From Pirellulales bacterium (GTDB lineage Bacteria; Planctomycetota; Planctomycetia; Pirellulales; JBFWUW01), in assembly GCA_050247075.1 (NCBI GenBank), contig JBFWUW010000029.1:9198-73197 (forward strand): 64,000 nucleotides of DNA, in the 5' to 3' direction. The notes beneath the pieces are model-generated. The model saw only the letters and a list, made by a program, of their open reading frames with translations. It did no database searches and was not told the origin of the DNA. Position numbers and translations under genes: made by a program. How positions within the stretch are numbered: position 1 is the stretch's first letter; every line of letters starts with the position of its first letter. Below, one piece after another: positions 44,412 to 53,425 of the stretch.

Positions 44412-47400
44412 ATGTCTCGCCGATCATCGCGCCGTTCCGTTCGTGCCACCCGCCGCCCGCGCCGCCAAGGCGTGATTTTGCTGGTGGTGCTGAGCGTGCT
44501 GGCCTTATTCACGCTGTTGGTGCTGACGTTTGTGGTCTACACGTCGCAGCACCGCAAAACGGCGGCCGCCGCCGCCAAGGCCGACCGCTACGACGACACC
44601 TTTTCCGACCTGCTCAACCACGCCATGCTGCAAATTGTGCGCGGCAGCGACAACCCGTACTCGTTCGTCGGCACGCACGGGCTGCTGGAAGACATGTACG
44701 GCAATGACTGGCTCACCGGCACGCTGGTGGCCGGCGGCAGCGGCGTGCCGACCACCTTCGCCCTGGGCTATCAATATGGCTACGACGGCTCGTCGGGCGT
44801 CCCCAGCATGATGTACTTTGACGTGCCGCTCACAGGGGCAGACGGCGCGCCGGGCCGTTTGAACATCGACGACGACAGCAACGGCATGATCGACGATGCC
44901 TCGGAACTGGGCTATTACGGCAGCGACGACTACCGCCAGACCAACGGCTACTACAACGGCCGCGTTCTCACCATGCTGGGCGGCCCCGCGGGCGGGCAAA
45001 CCACGCGGATCACCGGCTATGCCGTCGATACGGCTGGCGGCTACGCCCGCATCGTGATGCTGCCATTTGAAACCATGAGTACCAATGGCGCAACCTGGAA
45101 TGCCGCCGGGGCTCCACAGGTGGGAAACAACTTCATCATCAATGGCCGCCCCTTCAGCGGTACGGGGTTTGGGTATGACTCCAGCACCGGGCTGACCAAT
45201 CGGCAAGACGGGATTGGCCGGGAGTACGCCTTGCTCCCCTTTGCGCCTATCCCCCTGCCCGACTCTGTATCAAGTTATGCCAACGAGTGGGTTGACCATC
45301 AGGCTTATATTCTTGGCCCGGACGGCGTCGCCGGCACGCCCGACGATCCCATCAACGCCAACGAGGATTACGACGGACCCGACTACAACAACATGATGCT
45401 GGCCGGCCGCGTGTGGACCGGCACCCACTACGAGGTTGCCTTGCCGTCGCTGGTGCGGCCAGACCTCATCCGCTACTGGTTTGCGCGGCAAACCGCCGCG
45501 GGGGTCGATATGACCACGCCCGCCAATCAATTTGCCATCCTAAAGCGTACTTGCCCGCGGCCTTTGCCCCTCACGCCTGGTCATCCTTTGTTTACGGGCA
45601 GCAACCCCAGCTTTGCTACCAGCAGCCTGTGGACCGACGCCGATTCCGCCGGTACGGCCACGGGAATCATCGACGCCATGCGCAACCGCAACTGGGATGT
45701 GGACAACGACGGCGACGGCCGGCCCGACAGCGTATGGATCGACTTTGGCTTCCCCGTGCAAACCGCCCCCGACGGCCGCCGCTACAAACCGCTGATAGCC
45801 CCGCTGGTGCTAGACATGGACGGCCGGCTGAACGTCAATGCGCATGGCACAGGCTACCACTACGCCGTGGATGGATCGGGCAACGAAATCTATGTTGGCC
45901 TGAACGAGTTCCCCGGCAACTTCGCGGGGGGCCAAGGTTTCACCACGCCCATTCCCATGGCTACCGGTTCTGGCGTGTCGGCCGCCGAGGTCAGCCTGGG
46001 CGCGCCGGCGCCGAACCAATCGATTGTCGCGCGGCCTTACCTGGCCAACGACGGCACCACCATCATCAACGAATATCGCCGCTTGTTACTGGGGGGCTAC
46101 CCCATCGACACCCGCACCGGCAATTTGGATGGCACCAAGCCGTGGTTGGAAGGCAAGTATGGCGAGGGCTTTTTGAATTTCGACGGCTCGGGCCGGTTTC
46201 CCATGCCCGGCCTGACGAGTGCCGCCACACCATTGGGCAATGGGCCCGATGGGACCGCGAACACGGCCGATGACGTGTTTGACGGCGATTTCAACTACCC
46301 GGTTTGGCCCATGCCGTTCGTCAGTGGCGCAACGGCGGGCACCTTCCGGGGCGATTTCAGCACCAACACCTTCTACGCCGGCAGCAGCGGCGCCATCGGC
46401 GTGCTGGGCTCGCCCATCGACCTGGACGGCAACGGCGTCATGGGTTTGGACCTCATGGGCAATCCCTTCTACGTGCTTCAGGCGGGCGTTAATCCGCTGC
46501 CAGGGTATACCGCGGTGGGCCTGGGCGAAGCCTTCAACGACCCCATGGAGTTGGACCTTTCGACCAAGGCCGCGCGCACGTTTTACAATACGGCCACCGG
46601 CTCGGCCGGCACGATCGACCAGCCCTTTACGCCGGCGGAACTGGAAGCCATTTTGCGCCGTCGCGATAGAGACGCCCGCACCCTGGCCGACCGTATGATC
46701 CGGCTGGCTCCGCGGACCTTTGGCAGCGACCGCGGCACGCAGTCAATCACCACGGAAAGCTGGAACGTGGCCATGCCAACCGTCACCCTGCCAGAGGAAC
46801 TGCGGCGCGTGTTGGTCTCCAACGGCATCCCCGTGCCGACCAATTTGCACATCAATGACCTGTACGCCCTTAAGTTGCTCAACGAGAACGGCACTTTGAC
46901 AGCGGCAATGCTCAATGCCAATCTGGCGATCATGCTGCCGGTCGACCTGGCGGCCGGCTTGCGGCTGGACATCAACCGCCCCCTGGGCAACGGAGCCGAC
47001 GACAACGGCAACGGCGTGGTCGATGATCCGGCCGAGGCGCTGGCGGGCGAACCAATCTGGAACGGCTCGGTCATCGGCCCGGTCTTCATGAACCACAGCA
47101 ACGACAATATCCCCGCCAACCGTTACCTGGCCCGGCAGCAATTGGCCCGGCAGTTGTATTGCTTGATGATGCTGCTCAAGGACTCTGGCTATATCGAGCC
47201 AGTCAGCGCGGCGGAAGGCCTGAGCGACGCGCAACGGGTGGAACTGACCGCCCGGCGGATCGCGCAATGGTGCATCAACGTGGTGGACTTCCGCGACCGC
47301 GACTCGATCATGACGCCGTTTGAGTACGACGTCTTTCCGTTTGTCGATGCCAACAGCGACGGCATCACTTGGGACGTAGACGGATGGGTAGGCTACAACG

Positions 47401-50387
47401 CCGTCACCGGGGCCGCCAGCGTGGACGACAACGACCTCACCAACTACCCGCACCGCCGGCTGGTGTGGGGTTGCGAACAGCCCGACCTGCTGCTGACGGA
47501 GTCGTTTGCCTTTCACGATACCCGCACCGAGAATTTGGCTACCCCGATGGGCCTCTATTCCGATGGTACGATGGGCGATACTAACTTTGATCAGCGGAAG
47601 TTGCCTCGCGGCGCGGGTTTCGTCGAAGTGCAATGCGTGCGGAATCCCAACAACACGGCCTACATGGGCGACCTGTACCGTGCCAACGGGTATCTCGACC
47701 TGGGCAAGATGTCGCCCGCCGGTACGACGGGGCAGTACCCGGTCTGGCGGCTGGCGGTGACCTATGGCGGGAAGGAAGACGACACGAACCTGGCGGTAAC
47801 GGGAGGTGACCGCAACGACATTTCGAAACGGGCATATACCCGGCCCGATACCACCACGTTTCAGCCCGACGACATGAACCCACTGAGCGCCTCGCATATT
47901 CCAGGGGCGGCCTATCCGGTCCCCGCGGGTGGTATTATTACGGCAGCCTCGCCGCTTGCCGCGACGGAGACCCAGAATGCCGAGATTGAACGAATTGTCT
48001 GGTTTTGCTCGGTGCCGCCCACCAACGGCACCACGATTGACGCCGATCGTATTTACTATAACTACGGCCCAGGTCCTGGCGTGGGAGCGACCAACGTCTT
48101 GCTCGGTCCAGGCCAATTCGCGGTTGTCGGCCCTTATCGCAACCCCGACTCTGGTCCCGACAACATCACCAACATCGGTCCCAGTGCCGCGGGCAACGTC
48201 GCCGCCGAGATTTGGCTGGGCAACACGCCAGCGGCGGCACTGCCGGATGGCACCCCCAACACCGGTTGCCGCGTACCGGTTAAAGTGACCGACAATGGCG
48301 GTGGCGACAATTACCCCGCCATCGGCGATATCCAAACGCCGTTGGGGATTGCCGTGGCGGGCGATCCCAACGGGACGGCCAACGAAACGAACAACGGCTG
48401 GGATACACCCATCGGTTTCAGCATTTCCGAACCCTTATTTTCGGACGCCAGCTATTACCCTAAACCTGACGATAGCGGTAACACCACCTCGATCGAACAC
48501 TACGAAGGTTCAACATCAACCGAGACAGACCAGTTTGTGACGCCATTGGACGAACCGTTCGATCACGATTCTGCTCGGCCACTTGGTGCCAAACCGGACG
48601 CCGAGGCCGTCTACCACACTCATGGCACTCGCCTTGGGTACAAGACAGTATTTCTGCAACGACTGGCAGATCCGACGATCGCCTGGAACCCCATGCCCGG
48701 CCAGACCGGACACAACAGCTCGTTGCCGGTCAATCCTTACTTGACGGTTGATTGGATGCCAATTGACTTGACGGTCTTCAATAGCGAGCCCGCGACACCC
48801 GCTGGGGTGACAGATCCCGATGGGAACGGATCATTGCCGTATTATTTTGGTACACGGCAACGAGGCGTTCCACGTACCCCACCAGGCAGCGGCGGGACGT
48901 ACAACATATGGGCGCAACCGCCAGTAAATGGTCCCGGTACTAGTTGGGATGCCGCCAACACACGGCTGACAACGCCGGTCACGCCCGTCTCGAGCAACCC
49001 CGACACAACGTTGGGATACATCAATCTGCCGTTTACACTGCCGGCCGCCGCGCCAGGCTACGCGGCCCCAGGCTATTTGACCGCCACGAATCTGGCGACC
49101 AAGGCCCCCGGCTATCCCACGACCTACCTGGGTGATCCCGGCTACGTCAGCGGCCCCACGTATGTCGGCGGGCCGATGCCGCCGGAAATCACCGTTAACG
49201 GTGTTACTTATCCCGTAGGCACGACTTATCCCAACTTGTCTTGGAATAATCGCCCCTATACCAGCGGCCTGGAGGTGATGCAGGTTCCGGCCAGTAGTTG
49301 CAGCCGCTTGCTGCACGAATTCAGCTTTGGCGGGCTGCGCGAGTACGCCGGTCCCGCGCCTGGCGCGCCGGGCGATGGAGCCGCCTTTGCCGAAGGAACC
49401 GCCAATGGACGGCCCTTTGGGCACTTGCTGAACCTGTTCACATCGTCTAACGACTTGCCGGCACCAACGTATCAACCTGAAAATCCAGCGCTGGCCCGCA
49501 GCAACTACCATCGTGTGCTGGATTATCTCACGGTGCCTTCGCGCTATTCCGGCACCAAGGATGCCCTCAACCCGGCCGCCGTGTGGGATACGGCCAGTGC
49601 CAGCTTGCCGTTCCATGTGCCGTTCAATACCGTCTCGCGCTATCGCGAGCCAGGCATGGTGAACCTGAATACCCTCATGGACGATGGCACTATTTTCCGC
49701 GGAGTCATGAACGACTACCCCAGTGCCGGGACAACCTGGCTGGCCATGTTGCAAAGCCGGCGCGGTTATGGCGGCGTGGTGGCTGCTCCACTTCAGGCGT
49801 TAATGTACGATGCCAGCAACTATTCGCCCACGATCTTTGCCAACCCGTTTCGATCGTTTGGCAGCGGCTATAATGTGCCGGTGCCGGCGCTGCGGTACCG
49901 CAACGTCGATCCGTCGGGCACGACTTTCTTGCCCCGCGATCTGGTTGAGGCGGGCCTGCTTCGTCCGATTCCCTTGGATACGGACCAAAACAACTTCACG
50001 CCGCCGAACAGCCCGCTGTTCTCTAACAACACCGGCTTTACGGCTCTCTATACGCCAGACGCCACCATGTCGGTGCCGTTCCGCAACGCCACCCGCAACC
50101 CGCGGTTCCGCTATGAACAGTTCCAAAAATTGGGGAACGTGGCGACCACGCAATCGAACGTGTACGGCATTTGGATCACGGTCGGCTATTTCGAGGTAGC
50201 TCCGGTGCGGGTAACGGCGGCTAATCCCGAAGGGGTGCAATTGTTGGGCGAGCTAGGCTCTGACACAGGCGAAATCAAACGCCACCGGGCCTTCTACCTG
50301 TACGACCGCTCAATCCCCGTGGCCTTCCAGCGCGGCATGGACCACAACGTGGACAAGGCCTTGCTGGTGAGGAGAATCATCGAGTAA
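44412..50387 (+). CDS. Giant (1,991 aa) GspK/PilX-class pseudopilin-like protein with multiple DxDxDG acidic loops
   Basis: MSRRSSRRSVRATRRPRRQG/VILLVVLSVLALFTLLVLTF is a basic leader plus hydrophobic helix without Glu+5, as in GspK. Five DxDxDG-type loops. AAAGAGGA sits upstream of the ATG. The single uninterrupted ORF has G/C-rich third codon positions. Confidence 0.75.
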   Translation: MSRRSSRRSVRATRRPRRQGVILLVVLSVLALFTLLVLTFVVYTSQHRKTAAAAAKADRYDDTFSDLLNHAMLQIVRGSDNPYSFVGTHGLLEDMYGNDWLTGTLVAGGSGVPTTFALGYQYGYDGSSGVPSMMYFDVPLTGADGAPGRLNIDDDSNGMIDDASELGYYGSDDYRQTNGYYNGRVLTMLGGPAGGQTTRITGYAVDTAGGYARIVMLPFETMSTNGATWNAAGAPQVGNNFIINGRPFSGTGFGYDSSTGLTNRQDGIGREYALLPFAPIPLPDSVSSYANEWVDHQAYILGPDGVAGTPDDPINANEDYDGPDYNNMMLAGRVWTGTHYEVALPSLVRPDLIRYWFARQTAAGVDMTTPANQFAILKRTCPRPLPLTPGHPLFTGSNPSFATSSLWTDADSAGTATGIIDAMRNRNWDVDNDGDGRPDSVWIDFGFPVQTAPDGRRYKPLIAPLVLDMDGRLNVNAHGTGYHYAVDGSGNEIYVGLNEFPGNFAGGQGFTTPIPMATGSGVSAAEVSLGAPAPNQSIVARPYLANDGTTIINEYRRLLLGGYPIDTRTGNLDGTKPWLEGKYGEGFLNFDGSGRFPMPGLTSAATPLGNGPDGTANTADDVFDGDFNYPVWPMPFVSGATAGTFRGDFSTNTFYAGSSGAIGVLGSPIDLDGNGVMGLDLMGNPFYVLQAGVNPLPGYTAVGLGEAFNDPMELDLSTKAARTFYNTATGSAGTIDQPFTPAELEAILRRRDRDARTLADRMIRLAPRTFGSDRGTQSITTESWNVAMPTVTLPEELRRVLVSNGIPVPTNLHINDLYALKLLNENGTLTAAMLNANLAIMLPVDLAAGLRLDINRPLGNGADDNGNGVVDDPAEALAGEPIWNGSVIGPVFMNHSNDNIPANRYLARQQLARQLYCLMMLLKDSGYIEPVSAAEGLSDAQRVELTARRIAQWCINVVDFRDRDSIMTPFEYDVFPFVDANSDGITWDVDGWVGYNAVTGAASVDDNDLTNYPHRRLVWGCEQPDLLLTESFAFHDTRTENLATPMGLYSDGTMGDTNFDQRKLPRGAGFVEVQCVRNPNNTAYMGDLYRANGYLDLGKMSPAGTTGQYPVWRLAVTYGGKEDDTNLAVTGGDRNDISKRAYTRPDTTTFQPDDMNPLSASHIPGAAYPVPAGGIITAASPLAATETQNAEIERIVWFCSVPPTNGTTIDADRIYYNYGPGPGVGATNVLLGPGQFAVVGPYRNPDSGPDNITNIGPSAAGNVAAEIWLGNTPAAALPDGTPNTGCRVPVKVTDNGGGDNYPAIGDIQTPLGIAVAGDPNGTANETNNGWDTPIGFSISEPLFSDASYYPKPDDSGNTTSIEHYEGSTSTETDQFVTPLDEPFDHDSARPLGAKPDAEAVYHTHGTRLGYKTVFLQRLADPTIAWNPMPGQTGHNSSLPVNPYLTVDWMPIDLTVFNSEPATPAGVTDPDGNGSLPYYFGTRQRGVPRTPPGSGGTYNIWAQPPVNGPGTSWDAANTRLTTPVTPVSSNPDTTLGYINLPFTLPAAAPGYAAPGYLTATNLATKAPGYPTTYLGDPGYVSGPTYVGGPMPPEITVNGVTYPVGTTYPNLSWNNRPYTSGLEVMQVPASSCSRLLHEFSFGGLREYAGPAPGAPGDGAAFAEGTANGRPFGHLLNLFTSSNDLPAPTYQPENPALARSNYHRVLDYLTVPSRYSGTKDALNPAAVWDTASASLPFHVPFNTVSRYREPGMVNLNTLMDDGTIFRGVMNDYPSAGTTWLAMLQSRRGYGGVVAAPLQALMYDASNYSPTIFANPFRSFGSGYNVPVPALRYRNVDPSGTTFLPRDLVEAGLLRPIPLDTDQNNFTPPNSPLFSNNTGFTALYTPDATMSVPFRNATRNPRFRYEQFQKLGNVATTQSNVYGIWITVGYFEVAPVRVTAANPEGVQLLGELGSDTGEIKRHRAFYLYDRSIPVAFQRGMDHNVDKALLVRRIIE

Positions 50388-50462
50388 GGCGAAAGGCGAA
50401 AGGATGAAGGCGAAAAAACTGAAAACTGAAAACTGACAACTAAAGACTGACGACTGACAACT
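50386..50462. repeat. Eleven in-phase heptamers (AAGGCGA family then GAAAACT/GACAACT family)
   Basis: aaggcga aaggcga aaggatg aaggcga aaaaact gaaaact gaaaact gacaact aaagact gacgact gacaact. It occupies nearly the whole spacer between the giant gene stop (50387) and the mscL ATG (50467). Confidence 0.85.
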
Positions 50463-50466
50463 CCCC

Positions 50467-50868
50467 ATGAGCATGCTGAAAGAGTTCAAAGAGTTTGCCA
50501 TGCGCGGCAATGTCGTGGACATGGCCGTGGGCATTGTGATCGGTGCCGCGTTCGGCAAGATTGTCACCTCGCTGGTGAGCGACATCATCATGCCGCCGTT
50601 GGGCTTGCTGACGGAAGGTGCCCTTAATTTTTCTGAGTACCAGATCGTACTGCGCAAGGCGGCCGAAGAGGGGGGCAAGGATCTGGTCTGGAAGTACGGT
50701 TCGTTCATCACGTCGGTGGTGGACTTTATCATCGTGGCCTTTGCCATCTTCATGGTGGTCAAGCTGATGAACCGGCTGAAGCGCAAGGAAGAGGCCGCCC
50801 CGCCACCCGCCCCGCCGCCAGAGATCGTGCTGCTGACCGAAATCCGCGACGAATTGAAGGCCCGGTAG
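50467..50868 (+). CDS. mscL: Large-conductance mechanosensitive channel
   Basis: [46 protein letters not shown] is the conserved MscL TM1 signature. 133 aa. Confidence 0.9.
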   Translation: MSMLKEFKEFAMRGNVVDMAVGIVIGAAFGKIVTSLVSDIIMPPLGLLTEGALNFSEYQIVLRKAAEEGGKDLVWKYGSFITSVVDFIIVAFAIFMVVKLMNRLKRKEEAAPPPAPPPEIVLLTEIRDELKAR

Positions 50869-51120
50869 CCGCCTAACAGAGCCATTCAACAGGCCGCGGA
50901 AACGCATGGAAGCGTTGCCAAAATAACGACAAAAGTCGTTGTTCGCGGGCCGTGAATAGCGTGGCCCCGCACCTAGGGCCCGCGGAGGACATCCACGATT
51001 AGTCCTGTCGACCTGATCGCCGAGCGATGCCTATGGACCTTTCCACGGTTCGGTGATGGCAAACTTGTTGACTGAATGGCCGTCCCCGAAGTGGCTCATT
51101 CAAACCCGGCGTGGGACGTC

Positions 51121-51396
51121 TTAAGGCGATTGTTGGGGAACCTGTTGTTGGTGGCGGAGGCGGGCGTGTTGCATGGTTAAGTATTCCATGCGAGCGTGCC
51201 AGACCGCCGCCGCCAGCGAGGCCGCTGTCAACGCCAGGCCCAATTTTCGCGTGCCGCCGCTGCCGCGACAGGCCGCCCAACCATCCAGGGCGGCTGCCGT
51301 TAGATACCAGAAGGGGCAATAGCACATTAAGAAAATGCCAACGACAAACATCACACCCGCGCCGACGAGGCAGGCAAATGCGGTTCCCTGAAGCAT
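51121..51396 (-). CDS. Small two-TM membrane protein (hypothetical)
   Basis: MLQGTAFACLVGAGVMFVVGIFLMCYCPFWYL...LGLALTAASLAAAVW. It competes with overlapping ORFs on both strands, and I chose it for its clean hydrophobic helices. Confidence 0.35.
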   Translation of the reverse strand: MLQGTAFACLVGAGVMFVVGIFLMCYCPFWYLTAAALDGWAACRGSGGTRKLGLALTAASLAAAVWHARMEYLTMQHARLRHQQQVPQQSP

Positions 51397-51575
51397 CGTG
51401 CGACTCCCCGGCCGAATCAACAAGCGGGCCGGCCCAAATTGTGTGATTGGGCCGGCCCGGAATGGCATCAATTTGCGCCCGGCGGATCCATGCGGGCAAT
51501 AGTGCTCCGCCGTAGCAGTGGCGTTTTTTTGCCTGCTGAGGTACCGCCCGGCAGGCCGTACCTACTGAGCGGCAC

Positions 51576-52628
51576 CTACTTTTTAAACGGGATGTGGTAG
51601 CCCTTGGTCTTGAGCGAAATGCGGAACAGGCTGGTATCCACCGTGACGTACAACATGTTCGACTCGGCTCCGTTGCCGAAGACGACATTGCTGGGGATTC
51701 CCTTCGGTTCCTTGGCGTCGGGCTGCGAAGGGCCAGTGGGGATGAAGGCCAGTTCCTTGCCCGCCGGATTGATGACCATGATGCCCGGCCGTTTGAGGCT
51801 GCGGCAGGCCAGGTAGAGATTGCCGTTGGTATCCAGGGTCAGGCCGTCGACGCCGTTCTCGGTGCCAAAGTCGATCAGTGTTTTTCGCGGCCCAGCGACC
51901 AGGCCGTCATCCCCCAGCGGGAACGAATAGACCTTCATGGCCCCTTTTTTCGGTTCGGCCGGCGACCCGATCTTGTCGGTGCCGTTGTTGTGATCGACGA
52001 CGTACAACGTTTTTTGATCGGGACTTTGGCCCACGCCGTTGGGCTTTTCGCATTCGTGCGTGACCTCGACAACGGTGCCGTCGGTGTCGATGCGGTAGAC
52101 GGCCCGATGCTCCAACTCGCGCGGTTCATCCCCCAGGTAACGCGGGTCGCAAAAATAGATGCGGCCCTTGAGGTCGATGCACAGGTCGTTGGGGGCGTTG
52201 AATTTCTTGCCCATGTATTTATCGGCTACCGTGCTGCTTTGGCCCGTCTTGGTATCGTAGCGAGCCACCCGGCGGCCCCCTTGGTCCGAGCCCTCGCAAG
52301 CTACCAGCAAGCCGTCGGCGTCGAACATCAAGCCGTTGGCCTTGCCGCTATCGCTGGTGAAAGGCTCTGTCTTGCCGTTCTTGGGATTGAACCGCAAGAT
52401 CATCCCCTTGTCGGCCCCAAACGGAATGTCCGTGAAATAAATGCTGCCATCCGGAGCAACCGCCGGACCTTCCGTCAGGCCCCCTTTGATCGGCGCGGTG
52501 CGGGTAAACAGCAGCTCTAGTTTGGCATCTGACGAAACAATCGCCTCGCCGGTCGGCTTGGGCAGGTCGGCTGCCCGCAAGATGGTAGAGAATGCAATGG
52601 CAACCGCGGTAACCGCCCAGACACGCAT
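51576..52628 (-). CDS. Secreted SMP-30/gluconolactonase/LRE-like beta-propeller protein
   Basis: Signal peptide MRVWAVTAVAIAFSTILRA from ATG 52628. Repeated propeller blocks TEGPAVAPDGSIYFTD, ANGLMFDADGLLVACE, PNDLCIDLKGRIYFCDP, PNGVGQSPDQKTLYVVD, GVDGLTLDTNGNLYLA. Confidence 0.8.
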   Translation of the reverse strand: MRVWAVTAVAIAFSTILRAADLPKPTGEAIVSSDAKLELLFTRTAPIKGGLTEGPAVAPDGSIYFTDIPFGADKGMILRFNPKNGKTEPFTSDSGKANGLMFDADGLLVACEGSDQGGRRVARYDTKTGQSSTVADKYMGKKFNAPNDLCIDLKGRIYFCDPRYLGDEPRELEHRAVYRIDTDGTVVEVTHECEKPNGVGQSPDQKTLYVVDHNNGTDKIGSPAEPKKGAMKVYSFPLGDDGLVAGPRKTLIDFGTENGVDGLTLDTNGNLYLACRSLKRPGIMVINPAGKELAFIPTGPSQPDAKEPKGIPSNVVFGNGAESNMLYVTVDTSLFRISLKTKGYHIPFKK

Positions 52629-53425
52629 GACAGGCTCCTTGCAGAAGAAGGGGTGTGGATCAAGAGTCGTAGACCGCCATCGAGTGTAATGTGCCTGTGG
52701 GAGAATTCCAGCTTTTCGGCGGTTCGTTCGCGGAGAATCGCGAACGGCGCAATGCAGCACCTTTGGATACGCACTGTGATCTTGCCCGGCCTATTTGTGA
52801 ACCACTTGAATTGGCGGCGTGAGATTTCATGATTCTGAACGTGAACCTTGCTTCGGATCGTGTGTCATCCATTCGTGCGGGCCGGATTTGTTCTTGAACC
52901 GGGTACCGCGATTCTTTAAAGGACCGCCGCAAGGGGACCGCCATGCTCTTCACATCGCGACGATCGTCAAGGCAAACCGCGCTTTTCATGGCTGCTTGCG
53001 CGTTGGGCTAGCCACGGTTCAATCGTTGGGTATCGCTGGCGGCTTGTGCGCCAGCGTCGCAACAGCGCACCAGTCCACTGTCGGACAAGCCACCAGTGGC
53101 ACTTGTTGTGATGCGTTCGGCCGTTAACGCCTGCGCCCGGTTTCCACCGACGTTCATTCCTTGCCGATTGTCGCGCTAGCGCTAGCGTTACGCCGCCTGG
53201 GGCGTTTTCCCCGCAGTCGAACGCCTTGCGCGGCCTCGCCCGTACTTGGATCGAGTTTCCAGAATGTTTCGCCCGTCCGTTCGTGATACCCGGCATGTTT
53301 CGTTGGCCCGCGTACTCCATGCGCGGCTGTACGTAGACTTTGCTGGCCGCGTCTTTGCCGCCAGCGGGCCGGTCGCCCACGGTAAGCTTTTTCAAGCCCT
53401 GGGCCGCCAAGGCCGCTGCCCGACG

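Noticed and set aside
46743-48335. 530-aa ORF on the minus strand inside the giant gene (likewise 48831-49754, 44505-45206 and 43540-44337)
   Set aside because: These are antisense shadows of the 1,991-aa and pseudopilin ORFs. The sense-strand ORF is uninterrupted for 6 kb and has the expected G/C-rich third codon positions.
50386-50462. Heptamer arrays considered as a CRISPR array or minisatellite-encoded peptide
   Set aside because: The units are 7 nt with no spacers, far too short for CRISPR. No cas genes are in the window. The arrays are intergenic.
50999-51688. 229-aa minus-strand ORF and the 111-aa plus-strand ORF (51111-51446) between mscL and the SMP-30 gene
   Set aside because: Both are Arg/Pro/Gly-rich with no helices or motifs, and the 229-aa ORF overlaps the end of the SMP-30-like gene. 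Only the shorter two-TM frame (51121-51396) looks protein-like, and even that has low confidence.
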